Shown here: piece after piece, positions 30,086 through 39,973 of the stretch | How the letters are laid out: each line of letters begins with the position of its first letter | How positions within the stretch are numbered: position 1 is the stretch's first letter | DNA from: Bacteroidota bacterium | GTDB taxonomy: Bacteria > Bacteroidota > Bacteroidia > NS11-12g > UBA9320 | Length of the DNA stretch: 64,000 nt | Assembly (NCBI GenBank): GCA_002746305.1 | Contig: NVWV01000008.1 | Span: forward strand, 125,353-189,352 | Reading direction: 5' to 3' | The notes under the pieces: model-generated | The model's database searches: none | Seen by the model: the letters and a program-made list of their open reading frames with translations, nothing else | What the model was told of the DNA's origin: nothing | Position numbers and translations under genes: made by a program

Positions 30086-31009
30086 TTATTTAATATCTAA
30101 AAAACCATATAACAAACCAATGGCTTTATAACTTGTTTTATCTACTGCTTCTTTTGTGTTTGACCCATTATGACTTCCAAAAAAGCAGTTGTCCAAATCC
30201 ATCAATTCTGATGATACTGAAAGTGGTTCATTTTCAAAAACATCTAAACCCACACCTCCTATACTTCCTTTTCTTAGACAATCTATAAGTTTTTTTTCAT
30301 CAATCAACGGACCACGAGATACGTTGACAATAATAACTGTGCTCTTAAGTTTATTCAAAATATCAGCGTTTATCAAATGATGAGTAGAGTCATTTAATGC
30401 ACAAGCCAAAAACAAATAATCCAATTCTTCAATTCCTTCTGGAAATTTCTTTACGGGGATTCCAAACTCAGTTTTTGCATTTGGGTCATAGGCAATTATA
30501 TTCATTTCAAATGCTTTTAGTTTGCGACCTATTGCCTTTCCAATATCTCCAAAACCTATTATCCCTACCTTTTTGTATACTGTAGAATTGCCAACTGGTT
30601 TAACCCAATTTCCTTTTCTTACTTCAGAATCTATAATGTGTAGTTTTCTTGTGAGATTGAGCATCATACCTATGGCCACATCAGACACTTCATTGCCAAA
30701 CATACCAGGGGTATTAATAATCGGAATATTAAATTTCTTGCAAGCCTCAAAATCTACATTATCTACTCCTACCCCCCATTTTACAGCAGCTTTAAGATTC
30801 CCATCCACTCCCGCCTTAAAAACTCTTTCTGTGGCAGGATCATCCCCTATAATCCATCCATCCATATCAGGGAGAATCTCTATTAGTTCGTCCTCCGTCA
30901 TTACCTGTAGTACCTGAGGAGCTACAAGCTCAATATTTTTTTCTTCAAACAAATAACGATATGCGTCTATTTGTTTTAACATAGGTGGACAGGTTACTAG
31001 TATTTTCAT
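30086..31009 (-). CDS. D-isomer-specific 2-hydroxyacid dehydrogenase
   Basis: NAD site GIIGFGDIGKAIG. VSRGPLID. Catalytic GSH near the C-terminus. Confidence 0.75.
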   Translation of the reverse strand: MKILVTCPPMLKQIDAYRYLFEEKNIELVAPQVLQVMTEDELIEILPDMDGWIIGDDPATERVFKAGVDGNLKAAVKWGVGVDNVDFEACKKFNIPIINTPGMFGNEVSDVAIGMMLNLTRKLHIIDSEVRKGNWVKPVGNSTVYKKVGIIGFGDIGKAIGRKLKAFEMNIIAYDPNAKTEFGIPVKKFPEGIEELDYLFLACALNDSTHHLINADILNKLKSTVIIVNVSRGPLIDEKKLIDCLRKGSIGGVGLDVFENEPLSVSSELMDLDNCFFGSHNGSNTKEAVDKTSYKAIGLLYGFLDIK

Positions 31010-31701
31010 TTCACTTGACTATTATGAATGGCTTCTGCTATCAGATATTCTTGTTCTGTGTCTATGTCTTGAGCTTCTATCGGCTCTATTTCATGCATCA
31101 TGGGTCTATCTCCTATTCTATTGTGTTTTTGTCGCAGTATTTCTTCTGTAAACAAATAAATGCACGAATTTTCTTCAAACACAGGCGGCAAATCTTGAGT
31201 AGGTAGTAAGATATTTGGATTATGGTTCAAAGGCATCGACAGCTCATTCCATAACCTAGTCTGTAATCTCGTTACACTAAACAAGGAGTCATAAATGGGA
31301 TACTTCCCAAGAAATTTATCAATTGCGATATCTATACTCTCCTTGGTAAGCAAAGGATTGGTACTATGCGTTTGCAAATAAAACTTGGACGGTACTTGAC
31401 TTATGGTATTAAGCAGTACATCATTCATAGGAGTATCCCCAGGTCTAAGATTTTCTGGCCTTTCCAAAATTTTAACTGTTGGGTAATCCGATTTCAACCT
31501 ATCTACAATAGTTTCACTATCAGTGTCTACCACGACAAAGTCTATCTTTTCGCAAGATAAAAGTGTCTGTAGTATATGCTCAAACAACAACTTATCTCCA
31601 AATTTTCTATAATTTTTACCTGGCACCCTTTCCGAAGAATGCTTCATAGGTAGTATGGCTACGATATTATTCATTAAATATTTTTCAATATAGCTCTGCA
31701 A
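31006..31701 (-). CDS. acylneuraminate/Kdo-type cytidylyltransferase (CTP_transf_3 family)
   Basis: N-terminal VAILPMKHSSERVPGKNY parallels the NeuA/KdsB IPARxxSxRxPGKN motif. 4-nt overlap with the downstream dehydrogenase. Confidence 0.6.
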   Translation of the reverse strand: MQSYIEKYLMNNIVAILPMKHSSERVPGKNYRKFGDKLLFEHILQTLLSCEKIDFVVVDTDSETIVDRLKSDYPTVKILERPENLRPGDTPMNDVLLNTISQVPSKFYLQTHSTNPLLTKESIDIAIDKFLGKYPIYDSLFSVTRLQTRLWNELSMPLNHNPNILLPTQDLPPVFEENSCIYLFTEEILRQKHNRIGDRPMMHEIEPIEAQDIDTEQEYLIAEAIHNSQVK

Positions 31702-32306
31702 GGAGCTGCTTCTATTTTATCTAACTTGAGTGGTAAGCAGTATAACTCATACCATCCTTCATCAACATTTGTTAAATTTATTCCCTCTAAAAGAACTACT
31801 TTTTGAAGTAGCAAATTTCTATGTGTATCATTATGCTCAAAAAAACCTTGGATAGACAAATAATCTACTCCTATCAAATCTACATTTCTATCAGCAAGTA
31901 TTTTGGCACCATGCTTATCCAAAGCAACAAATTTTTCCTTAAATCCGTGATTGGGATTTGACCAAAGTAACGAATTAGTAGTTTTAAACAATACTTTTTG
32001 AGCATCCTCTGGAATACTAGATGCCAATTCTTTTGAAATAACACTAGCTGTTTTACAATCTTTTACAAAACATTTACCCACCAATTTACTCAATGGCATA
32101 GTGCTCATATCCTCTCCATTTTCTAAAAAATGTAAAGGAGCATCTACATGAGTACCAAAATGTACATCCATTTCTATTTTAGTAACATTGGCCTCAATGT
32201 CTCCACCTATTTTAAGCATAGGAGCTGTATTATATCCAAAACTATCTGGCCATTTCACCAAATCAGGAGTGATGGATAATGAAATATCTATAAGTTCATT
32301 ATTCAT
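31674..32306 (-). CDS. cyclase-family (kynurenine formamidase-like) metal hydrolase
   Basis: HFGTHVDAPLHF is the cyclase-family signature. Confidence 0.6.
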   Translation of the reverse strand: MNNELIDISLSITPDLVKWPDSFGYNTAPMLKIGGDIEANVTKIEMDVHFGTHVDAPLHFLENGEDMSTMPLSKLVGKCFVKDCKTASVISKELASSIPEDAQKVLFKTTNSLLWSNPNHGFKEKFVALDKHGAKILADRNVDLIGVDYLSIQGFFEHNDTHRNLLLQKVVLLEGINLTNVDEGWYELYCLPLKLDKIEAAPCRAILKNI

Positions 32307-33237
32307 TGTAATCTATAGGTTGTTGATTTAAAGAAGATTTTGCAATCACATTTCTTTTGGGAGGATAATAGTATTTGTTCCGTAGTTTTTCATTTAGGTT
32401 AACCTCTTTTTCCCTATATCCATTATATGTTCCAATAAACTGGTTGTACCTGAACATAAATATTTCTCCAAAAAATTTAGATATCACACGTTCTTCAATC
32501 GCCTGAGATATATCATGAAAAATGTTTATTACCAGAAGACGAGTCATTGTTAGAAAACCAAAAGAAGTGTCTGGATTTATACGTTTCAGTGCTATTGCCT
32601 CACGCATATACCTGTTTCTAATATTTGCAGCTTTTTCTTCATGCACATGTATAATAGTTGCATTACTTTCATACACTAATTTATACCCTTTCACTTGAAT
32701 TTTTTTTGCCCAATCTAAGTCTTCTAAGCCAGTGAGGAGCTCATCAAATGGTTGCTCTTTCCAAAGGCTTGTCCGCACTGCACAATTTGCATTATTACAA
32801 AAAGGTATTTTTTGATTATTGTTAGACTCTTCAGGAAACCACTGCTTAAAAATCTGATGCTCAGAATACTTATTCCTAGAATCTCCACGTTGCTTTCCAT
32901 ATACCAAGGCTACTTCTTTATCCTTTATAAATGGTGCTGCCATTTTGCTCAACCAATCTTCGTAAAGGGGATAAACGTGAGCACTCCCAAACAATAAAAT
33001 ATCTCCAGTAGCTGCTGCACAACCCACATTTAACGCATATCCAAATGAAAAATCCTCTGGCTTTATTTTAATAAGTTTTATATTAAACTTAGAAGCAATA
33101 GCAACAGTAGAATCTGTAGAACCGGAGTCTACGACTATAACTTCATGGTTTTTGTAATCTTGATGCTCTAACCCTGTAAGGAGCTTCCCAATATGCTCCT
33201 CCTCATTAAAGCACCTAATAACAATGGATATTTTCAA
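32299..33237 (-). CDS. glycosyltransferase family 2
   Basis: ISIVIRCFNEEEHI...VIVVDSGSTDST. GT-A fold. Confidence 0.65.
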   Translation of the reverse strand: MKISIVIRCFNEEEHIGKLLTGLEHQDYKNHEVIVVDSGSTDSTVAIASKFNIKLIKIKPEDFSFGYALNVGCAAATGDILLFGSAHVYPLYEDWLSKMAAPFIKDKEVALVYGKQRGDSRNKYSEHQIFKQWFPEESNNNQKIPFCNNANCAVRTSLWKEQPFDELLTGLEDLDWAKKIQVKGYKLVYESNATIIHVHEEKAANIRNRYMREAIALKRINPDTSFGFLTMTRLLVINIFHDISQAIEERVISKFFGEIFMFRYNQFIGTYNGYREKEVNLNEKLRNKYYYPPKRNVIAKSSLNQQPIDYNE

Positions 33238-33254
33238 GAATGCAAATTTAAGAA

Positions 33255-34472
33255 CTATTTACGTCTAAGGAACAATGATATTTTTCTAATAGTTGGTTGA
33301 TACATAAACATTCTCACTTTATCCATTAGGGATATTTTTTTTACAGGTATTTGGACAGATTTCAATATGTTAGCAATAGTATCAGAAGGCAACAGAGTAC
33401 CCTTTGGACTTAAGCAATTTCTGTATAAATATGTATCAAACTCTTTTTCATCTACTTCAGAAGCTTTAAATGACTTCACTTCTGATAGCAGTTCGTCAAA
33501 ATTTCGTGCAAGACGTACTACTACACCATCAATTTCTACATTATCAGTTTGAGATTCATTGTGAGGGTTATAATAGATTACTGGTATTTTAAAAAAAAGT
33601 GCTTCATGAATAAGTGAGCTAAATCTTGTAATTACCAAGCTAGAGTCTTTAAGTTGACTATGAATGCTTGATGCAGAACTAGATAAAACATTTTTAAATG
33701 CATCTAAGTTGCCCCTATCTCTAGGATGTTGAGAGATATTAAATGGGATATTTAACCCATCTAAAACATTGGATATATCAGACAGCCATGATTCTCTTAC
33801 CTCCTCATATATCCCATATGTAAAGTTGCAATTAATCAAAACACTATTTTTCTTATTTGAGCTTTCTTGTAGTAAGTGCTCATATCTAGGATTCCCTGTA
33901 ATAAATGATAGTTTGACATCTAACTTGCTCAAATACCATAATCCTTGTAAAAATACGGCATCAGAAAATTGCATTCGTCCCTTTGTACCAAAATCTATCA
34001 TAGACTCCTGTATACAAATAGTCGGCACATTAAGCTTTCTAGCCTTTAGTATTACATACTTCGCAAGCTTAGTCCAATCATTGAGAACTACTAAGATGTC
34101 AGGTTTGTATGCTTTTAATTTCGTCACAGAAAAAACCTCATAAGAAATACCCTCTTGGACTAGCTGAGTATCACTATTCTCCCGATCCATTTCTGGTATA
34201 AAAATTATAAATTCACTATCAGCAAATTTTGAAAGGATAGGCAGGACACTCTTCACCAATGTATCACTCTGAAGATAGAAGGCTATTTTATTTTGTCTTA
34301 CACTCTTAATATCATCTTCTATATGAATGGCCCAATTATAAGTAGGGCACAAATTTTCTATATCTTTAAAAGGAGCAAGTGTATTATTATTCTTTTCTAC
34401 AAATACAAGTTTATCGAATTGAACCGAGAGTAATGAAGTAGCACTTAGATTAGAATATTTTATCCCTTTCAC
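33255..34472 (-). CDS. hypothetical protein, possible GT-B/TagF-like transferase
   Basis: 405 aa. The C-terminal SSLIHEAL...PVIYYNP pattern resembles GT-B donor-binding halves. Weak. Confidence 0.35.
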   Translation of the reverse strand: MKGIKYSNLSATSLLSVQFDKLVFVEKNNNTLAPFKDIENLCPTYNWAIHIEDDIKSVRQNKIAFYLQSDTLVKSVLPILSKFADSEFIIFIPEMDRENSDTQLVQEGISYEVFSVTKLKAYKPDILVVLNDWTKLAKYVILKARKLNVPTICIQESMIDFGTKGRMQFSDAVFLQGLWYLSKLDVKLSFITGNPRYEHLLQESSNKKNSVLINCNFTYGIYEEVRESWLSDISNVLDGLNIPFNISQHPRDRGNLDAFKNVLSSSASSIHSQLKDSSLVITRFSSLIHEALFFKIPVIYYNPHNESQTDNVEIDGVVVRLARNFDELLSEVKSFKASEVDEKEFDTYLYRNCLSPKGTLLPSDTIANILKSVQIPVKKISLMDKVRMFMYQPTIRKISLFLRRK

Positions 34473-35473
34473 TCGTTCGAGATCTTATTCAAGATTTTTT
34501 TCCAAACCTCGTGTTGATTGTATTCCGTTTTTATTCTTTTCTGAATTGCCTGAATGTAAGGCAATTGCTTCTCAACATTATTCATATAATAAATACTTTT
34601 TGAAATATATTCATCTGGGTCCATTTCTAAAACTACTTCATTTTCATTATAAAAATCAAGCACGCCTTCATTATCCACCACACCAAATCTTCCTAATGAG
34701 AATACGGTCCAAAAACGATCCATAATACCTTTTTCTACTTTCCAAGAGGTTGCATGTATAATAGGACATAACCTTGATTTTTCAAGAAACTCAACGTGCT
34801 TACTTACTGAAACGGCACCTACTTTAGTGCCTCTACCCGCTAATATGGTGTTTTCACTCGCATCTAATACTGGTTGAAGATATCTCTCCCATTCCTTAAT
34901 ATTACCCCTAGTTGCTGTGCCCCATTTACTTCCTACAAAGGCTGCATCATATTCAAAACCGTTCATTATCGGCTCAGATTGCATAATCTTATCATAGGAC
35001 AATGTCATCGTCCCCCATGGTATCCAGAAAATTCTATCTGCATGTCTATTCACAATTTCAGATTTAACTGGAAACGTCTCTATATCAGATTTAGCTCCAA
35101 AAGCATAATATCGATATCCACTTTTAGCAAGATAATCCAACTTTTTATACTGAGGCCAATGCCAGTTTTTAAAGAACGTGAGTGGATCATCAGTCCAATC
35201 TCCTTCCGACTCTTTACTCGCATCAAATGAGGTTAATTTTTGGATTATAACACTATCTTTATGAGGCTTATATTTCTCAATCAACTCTATGCTATCAGGA
35301 GCATTCCAACATATAAAAATGGCAGGTTTTTTAAAATTTATTTTAGAAGCATTTATATGTTCTGCTTCATAGCCTAACTCATTAAAAGTAGTGGTCAAGT
35401 AATTCCAAGGCCAAAAATTAGTATGTTTCTTTTTGTAGAATGGTGGAATATAACCTAGGAGATAAACTTTCAT
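34469..35473 (-). CDS. hypothetical protein in glycan operon
   Basis: 334 aa, W-rich, no recognised motif. 4-nt overlap with the upstream gene. Confidence 0.35.
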   Translation of the reverse strand: MKVYLLGYIPPFYKKKHTNFWPWNYLTTTFNELGYEAEHINASKINFKKPAIFICWNAPDSIELIEKYKPHKDSVIIQKLTSFDASKESEGDWTDDPLTFFKNWHWPQYKKLDYLAKSGYRYYAFGAKSDIETFPVKSEIVNRHADRIFWIPWGTMTLSYDKIMQSEPIMNGFEYDAAFVGSKWGTATRGNIKEWERYLQPVLDASENTILAGRGTKVGAVSVSKHVEFLEKSRLCPIIHATSWKVEKGIMDRFWTVFSLGRFGVVDNEGVLDFYNENEVVLEMDPDEYISKSIYYMNNVEKQLPYIQAIQKRIKTEYNQHEVWKKILNKISNE

Positions 35474-36333
35474 TATTTACTTAACAAATTTAAAGTTTTT
35501 AAGAACCTATTGTTTCTTGAATCTACAGCGATAAAATTCCCCCATTCATTTTGTTTGATAGTAAATGGGTATTTTTCAATTCTTGAAAACGAATGTTTCA
35601 CACCATATCTAACGATTGGATCCCATATTGAGGCAAACACTTCATATCCCTCGCTAATCAATAAATCAACTATATCTTCCTTTGTATTTTCAGCCATTTT
35701 CCTATCTTCAAATTCAATTAATATTACTTCAGGGCTACATTTTTTAAAATTTAGACCTTTTAACACTTCATAATCTGCACCCTCTACATCTATTTTTAAA
35801 AACTGAACAGAGTCAATTTTTTTTTCTAGCAAAAAATCTGTGAGCGAAACAGTCTTAACAGTATCGGATTTTTGATGTTGTGGAGTAAAGTTAAGAGTTG
35901 AAGATATTCCTTTTGATTCAGGAGAAATAAAAAAATCTATAAAATTTCCGCTCTCACTTGTTACTGCTAAATTATGAAGTTTAAAATCACTAAACCTTCC
36001 TGTTAAAGAAATTAATTTTTCCGTCTTAATAGAGTCTTTATCTGGCTCAAATGCATGAACTTTCCAATTACCGTGAAGTAGAAATGGTAAAGAGCACTCT
36101 CCGAACATTGCTCCTACATCAAGCATAACTCCACCACTTTTCCCAATGTGTGAGAAAATCAATTTATTTTCATTTAAGTCACTTAATTCTGTTTCCCTAA
36201 ATTTCTGATTATCCCAATTAGCTGACTTTACATTGAACCACGATTTATAAACCCGTTCTTTAAAATACTGAGGATAGTCAAATCCCGATATATTGATAAT
36301 TTTTTCTCTTACAGATTTTGACAAAAATGACAT
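35473..36333 (-). CDS. FkbM-family methyltransferase
   Basis: MLDVGAMFGECSLPF...HAFEP SAM-binding pattern. 1-nt overlap. Confidence 0.5.
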   Translation of the reverse strand: MSFLSKSVREKIINISGFDYPQYFKERVYKSWFNVKSANWDNQKFRETELSDLNENKLIFSHIGKSGGVMLDVGAMFGECSLPFLLHGNWKVHAFEPDKDSIKTEKLISLTGRFSDFKLHNLAVTSESGNFIDFFISPESKGISSTLNFTPQHQKSDTVKTVSLTDFLLEKKIDSVQFLKIDVEGADYEVLKGLNFKKCSPEVILIEFEDRKMAENTKEDIVDLLISEGYEVFASIWDPIVRYGVKHSFSRIEKYPFTIKQNEWGNFIAVDSRNNRFLKTLNLLSK

Positions 36334-36481
36334 AAGTTAAACGAAAATAGTACAGAAACTGAGATATTCTTTGCAAAAGAATTTATAAACCATAAATATT
36401 TATATTCAAGCTCAATTCCCTGTTTAGACATTGTAATATCACCTTCTCAATTCAATACTTTTTTAGTTAAAATCCATATAT

Positions 36482-38974
36482 TTGTTGCAGATTATGACCA
36501 ATACTCAACTCTCTTTATTAAAAAATTATGTAAACATACAATCTGCTAAGAATTGGAGCATTTTACTGCTCATACTATTTTCTTTTACTAGTAAATCAAG
36601 TTTTAGTCAAGTAGATTCTATATTTTGGTTTGCAGCTCCAGAAATCTCAGAACACACTTCTAATTTTGATAAGCCAATAATTATTAGGATCACTACTTTA
36701 GATAAATCAGCTAAAGTAGTCATTACCCAGCCTGCCAACCCTTCTTTTGTTCAAATCACGGTAAACATTCCTGCATCATCAACTAAATCAGTTGATTTAA
36801 CATCATACATTAACAATATAGAAACAAGGCCTTCAAATGAGATTTTGAAGACAGGATTACTTATAAAATCAGACAATTACATCACTGCTTACTACGAGGT
36901 AGCTAGTCAACAATGTAATTGCAACCCTGAGATTTTTAGTTTAAAAGGCGGCAATGCACTAGGTGAATTATTCTATATTCCTACTCAAATGACTTATGAA
37001 AATTCAACTAGGTATTCACCACAAGCTACGAGCTCATTTGACATAGTTTCCACACAAGATAATAACCAAATTACTATCACTCCAAACAAGTCAATAGTTG
37101 GTCATGCTAAAGATATTTCATTTAGCATTACACTAAACAAAGGAGAAACATATTCAGCTGTTGCTACATCAAGATTAGGATCAGGGCATTTAGCAGGGTC
37201 AAAGGTCCAAGCAACCTATCCAATAGCAATTACAGTCAAAGATGATTTACTAGAGGGACTAGGACAGTGCAGAGATGTAGCAGGCGATCAAATAGTTTCA
37301 ATAAATAATATTGGCCTTGAATATATTGCCGTAAAAGGATTTCTCGATGGAAATAGAGAGTTAGCCACAATAGTAGCTACAGAACCCAATACGAAAATTT
37401 TTATAGGTTCCTCAGTTGTACCAAGTGCTATTCTAAATGAGGGCCAGTACTATGAGTTTAATCTTACGCAAAATTCAACTTATATTCGGAGTTCTAAACC
37501 CATATACGTATGGCATACTTCTGGTTTCGGTTGCGAATTAGCTGGAGCGATATTACCTCCTGTCAATTGCACTGGAACATTTTCCACATCAGTGGTCAGG
37601 TCTACACCAGATCAGTTAGGAATAGTACTGTTTACAAGTAAAGCAGGAATCAATTCATTTACAAACAATAGAGGTTTGACAATAAACTCTACAACCTTTA
37701 CATCTGTCCCTGGCACAAATAACCGATGGTATGCTGCGAGGATTGAGCTCACACAATCTCAAATTTCAGCCGGAGAAGTTCTTAATATTTCAAATCCCTC
37801 TCACCTATTTCATTTGGGATTTATAAACGGTGTTGCAGGTTCAGGAACTCGTTATGGCTATTTTTCTGATTATCGAAAAGTAACAGGTACAATTGAAAAT
37901 ATCATTGAGTGTAATCAATCTGAAATAGTGTTACAACACAAAAAGGGGAATTTAGATCAATGGAGTACTGGGAGTACTATTGATTCAATAATGCTCCAAA
38001 AAAGCGGCACATATTGGGTAAATTATACTATAAATAATTGCCCAGCATCTGACACCTTTCACGTGAGCATAACCAAAAACAATAGTCTTAATTTTATTGA
38101 TACAGTTCTTTGTAAAGGGGAAGTCCTAAAGCTTGATTTAACAAATAGCGAATTACTGTTAGACTCAAATAAATTGCAGGTAATAGACAATAAAATAGTT
38201 GCAGAAGGATTCTATTTTAGAACGGTTAAGAATTGTCCCAACGTAGATTCTTTCTACGTCTACCAATCAAAAATTGATTTAGATTTAGGTCCGGATAGCA
38301 CCTTCTGCGACAGCATAGAATTGGTCCTAAGTCTTTCCGACTTTGTCTCATACCAGTGGTCTACGGGTTCCGATTCTTCAAGTACAGTATTAATATCTGA
38401 AGGCACATTCTCAGTAATCGTAGAAGATGAATTCTCTTGTAAAGAGTCAGACACAATCAAAATCATAAAAGGAGTAGTGCCTAAAGTAAACTTGGGTCAG
38501 GACACCACCTTATGTAAAAGTTCAACAGCTTTTCTTGATGCTGGACATTTTGCGAAATATCAATGGAGCAATGGTTCAAATAAAAGATATTCTCCACTAA
38601 ATCAGTTTGGCGAAATTTGGGTTATGGTAACAAATGATGATGGATGCTTAGCTGCTGACACAATATTAATTTCCGAGTCTACCAAGACAAATTTTGATGA
38701 ACTATTAATTCCTAATTCTTTTAGTCCAGACCAAAATAATTTGAACGAGAATTTTCCTTTTTATAAATCAATAATTGAGGTTGAAGATTTTACTTTAAAA
38801 ATTTATAACCTATGGGGTCAACAAATTTTTGAAAGTCATTCCCCCTTAAATAATTGGAATGGCACTTTTCAAAATGAACCATCTGCACTTGGAACATACA
38901 TTTATACAATTAGTTGGAAAGATTGCAGCAATAGAATTAAAAACAAAAAAGGAGCATTCCACTTACTTAGATAA
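36482..38974 (+). CDS. large surface protein with T9SS type-B (gliding-motility-associated, CHU_C) C-terminal domain
   Basis: C-terminal LLIPNSFSPDQNNLNENF...IYNLWGQQIF...WNGTF...GTYIYTISW matches the type-B CTD. Ig-like repeats (DTxLCxG...). Confidence 0.65.
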   Translation: MLQIMTNTQLSLLKNYVNIQSAKNWSILLLILFSFTSKSSFSQVDSIFWFAAPEISEHTSNFDKPIIIRITTLDKSAKVVITQPANPSFVQITVNIPASSTKSVDLTSYINNIETRPSNEILKTGLLIKSDNYITAYYEVASQQCNCNPEIFSLKGGNALGELFYIPTQMTYENSTRYSPQATSSFDIVSTQDNNQITITPNKSIVGHAKDISFSITLNKGETYSAVATSRLGSGHLAGSKVQATYPIAITVKDDLLEGLGQCRDVAGDQIVSINNIGLEYIAVKGFLDGNRELATIVATEPNTKIFIGSSVVPSAILNEGQYYEFNLTQNSTYIRSSKPIYVWHTSGFGCELAGAILPPVNCTGTFSTSVVRSTPDQLGIVLFTSKAGINSFTNNRGLTINSTTFTSVPGTNNRWYAARIELTQSQISAGEVLNISNPSHLFHLGFINGVAGSGTRYGYFSDYRKVTGTIENIIECNQSEIVLQHKKGNLDQWSTGSTIDSIMLQKSGTYWVNYTINNCPASDTFHVSITKNNSLNFIDTVLCKGEVLKLDLTNSELLLDSNKLQVIDNKIVAEGFYFRTVKNCPNVDSFYVYQSKIDLDLGPDSTFCDSIELVLSLSDFVSYQWSTGSDSSSTVLISEGTFSVIVEDEFSCKESDTIKIIKGVVPKVNLGQDTTLCKSSTAFLDAGHFAKYQWSNGSNKRYSPLNQFGEIWVMVTNDDGCLAADTILISESTKTNFDELLIPNSFSPDQNNLNENFPFYKSIIEVEDFTLKIYNLWGQQIFESHSPLNNWNGTFQNEPSALGTYIYTISWKDCSNRIKNKKGAFHLLR

Positions 38975-39131
38975 AACAACTTCTGACATTTATTTAAGAC
39001 TTCACTTTCAAAAATTAACTCCTTGTTTTTAAGTACCTCTTTGATTAAACTAGAGTTATTTAATCATGTATATTTTATTAGCATCCAGAATTAATAATAA
39101 TCATCGTTCCTAAGAATTAAAATATTCAGAA

Positions 39132-39938
39132 CTAAAATAGCTGTGAAAACTTAAGGATTATCCGCTCAAAATATAAACGACTAAGGGACCAAGATCTAAC
39201 TACACCCATTTTAAAGTCTTTAATCGTTAGAAAAGGAAAAACCCTATTGGTTAACCTTGAATTCTTACTACCTGAATACACTTCAAAATCCAGACCATTC
39301 TTTAAGGAAATAGCCATTTTTATCCAAGCCAAAAAATGTCCATCTCCAAATGGTTTACTATACACAGTACCTTTCCCAAAATAATCCGGTCTGAAATGGT
39401 TCAAATCATTGTCTTCTGACGAAACATACTCATTACCAGTTATCTTGACACCCTTAAGTTTTTTCTCTTCATAATTTGCATCACAACCTAGCACAAGGAC
39501 ACGTTTATACCCAAGCAAATAAAGGACCTGCAAACTACATACACTTACATCACCAAAGTACCCCATATCTTCAAAGGAAACATTGGCTTTCATTCCTTTA
39601 ATAAGTTCATTAGTTGTAATAAACGTCACTTTATCAGATTTCACAATGTGTTCTCTTGTAGAAAAACATGAGTGATTCCAGTCTTCTGTACCATCTACAT
39701 CCCTAATAAAAAAACGCTTTATTTTCGAGTGTGTTATTAATCTATTCACATCTTCGTAAATATTCTCTAAAACACGAATATCAATAATCATATAATAGGT
39801 TGGATCAAACCCCCAATCTTCATATGCGATGTAAGCTCTGTTAAATGAAATTGTAATATCATTTTTCAAAGCAGCAACATCTATCTCATTCAAACTAGGG
39901 CCATTACCTATTAAGTAGACCGTTTTATTATTATTCAT
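39132..39938 (-). CDS. CstII-like (GT42) sialyl/nonulosonate transferase family protein
   Basis: N-terminal VYLIGNGPSLNEIDVAALKNDITISFNRAYIAYED parallels C. jejuni Cst-II (IIAGNGPSLKEIDYSRLPNDFDVFRCNQFYFED). Confidence 0.5.
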   Translation of the reverse strand: MNNNKTVYLIGNGPSLNEIDVAALKNDITISFNRAYIAYEDWGFDPTYYMIIDIRVLENIYEDVNRLITHSKIKRFFIRDVDGTEDWNHSCFSTREHIVKSDKVTFITTNELIKGMKANVSFEDMGYFGDVSVCSLQVLYLLGYKRVLVLGCDANYEEKKLKGVKITGNEYVSSEDNDLNHFRPDYFGKGTVYSKPFGDGHFLAWIKMAISLKNGLDFEVYSGSKNSRLTNRVFPFLTIKDFKMGVVRSWSLSRLYFERIILKFSQLF

Positions 39939-39940
39939 CT

Positions 39941-39958
39941 ATTTTCGGACGCGAAAAT
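39941..39958. promoter_or_regulatory. 7-bp inverted repeat attttcg-N4-cgaaaat in the 35-nt divergent intergenic region
   Basis: Read directly. It lies 3 nt from the GT42 start and 16 nt from the GT2 start. Confidence 0.3.
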
Positions 39959-39973
39959 AAATATTATTCACAC

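Noticed and set aside
30522-30917. 131-aa plus-strand ORF, with 30189, 30397 and 30985, inside the dehydrogenase/cytidylyltransferase genes.
   Set aside because: Antisense shadows of well-supported minus-strand genes.
33769-35230. Plus-strand ORFs 33769-34143 and 34874-35230 within the glycan operon.
   Set aside because: Antisense to longer, translationally coupled minus-strand ORFs. No signal or motif.
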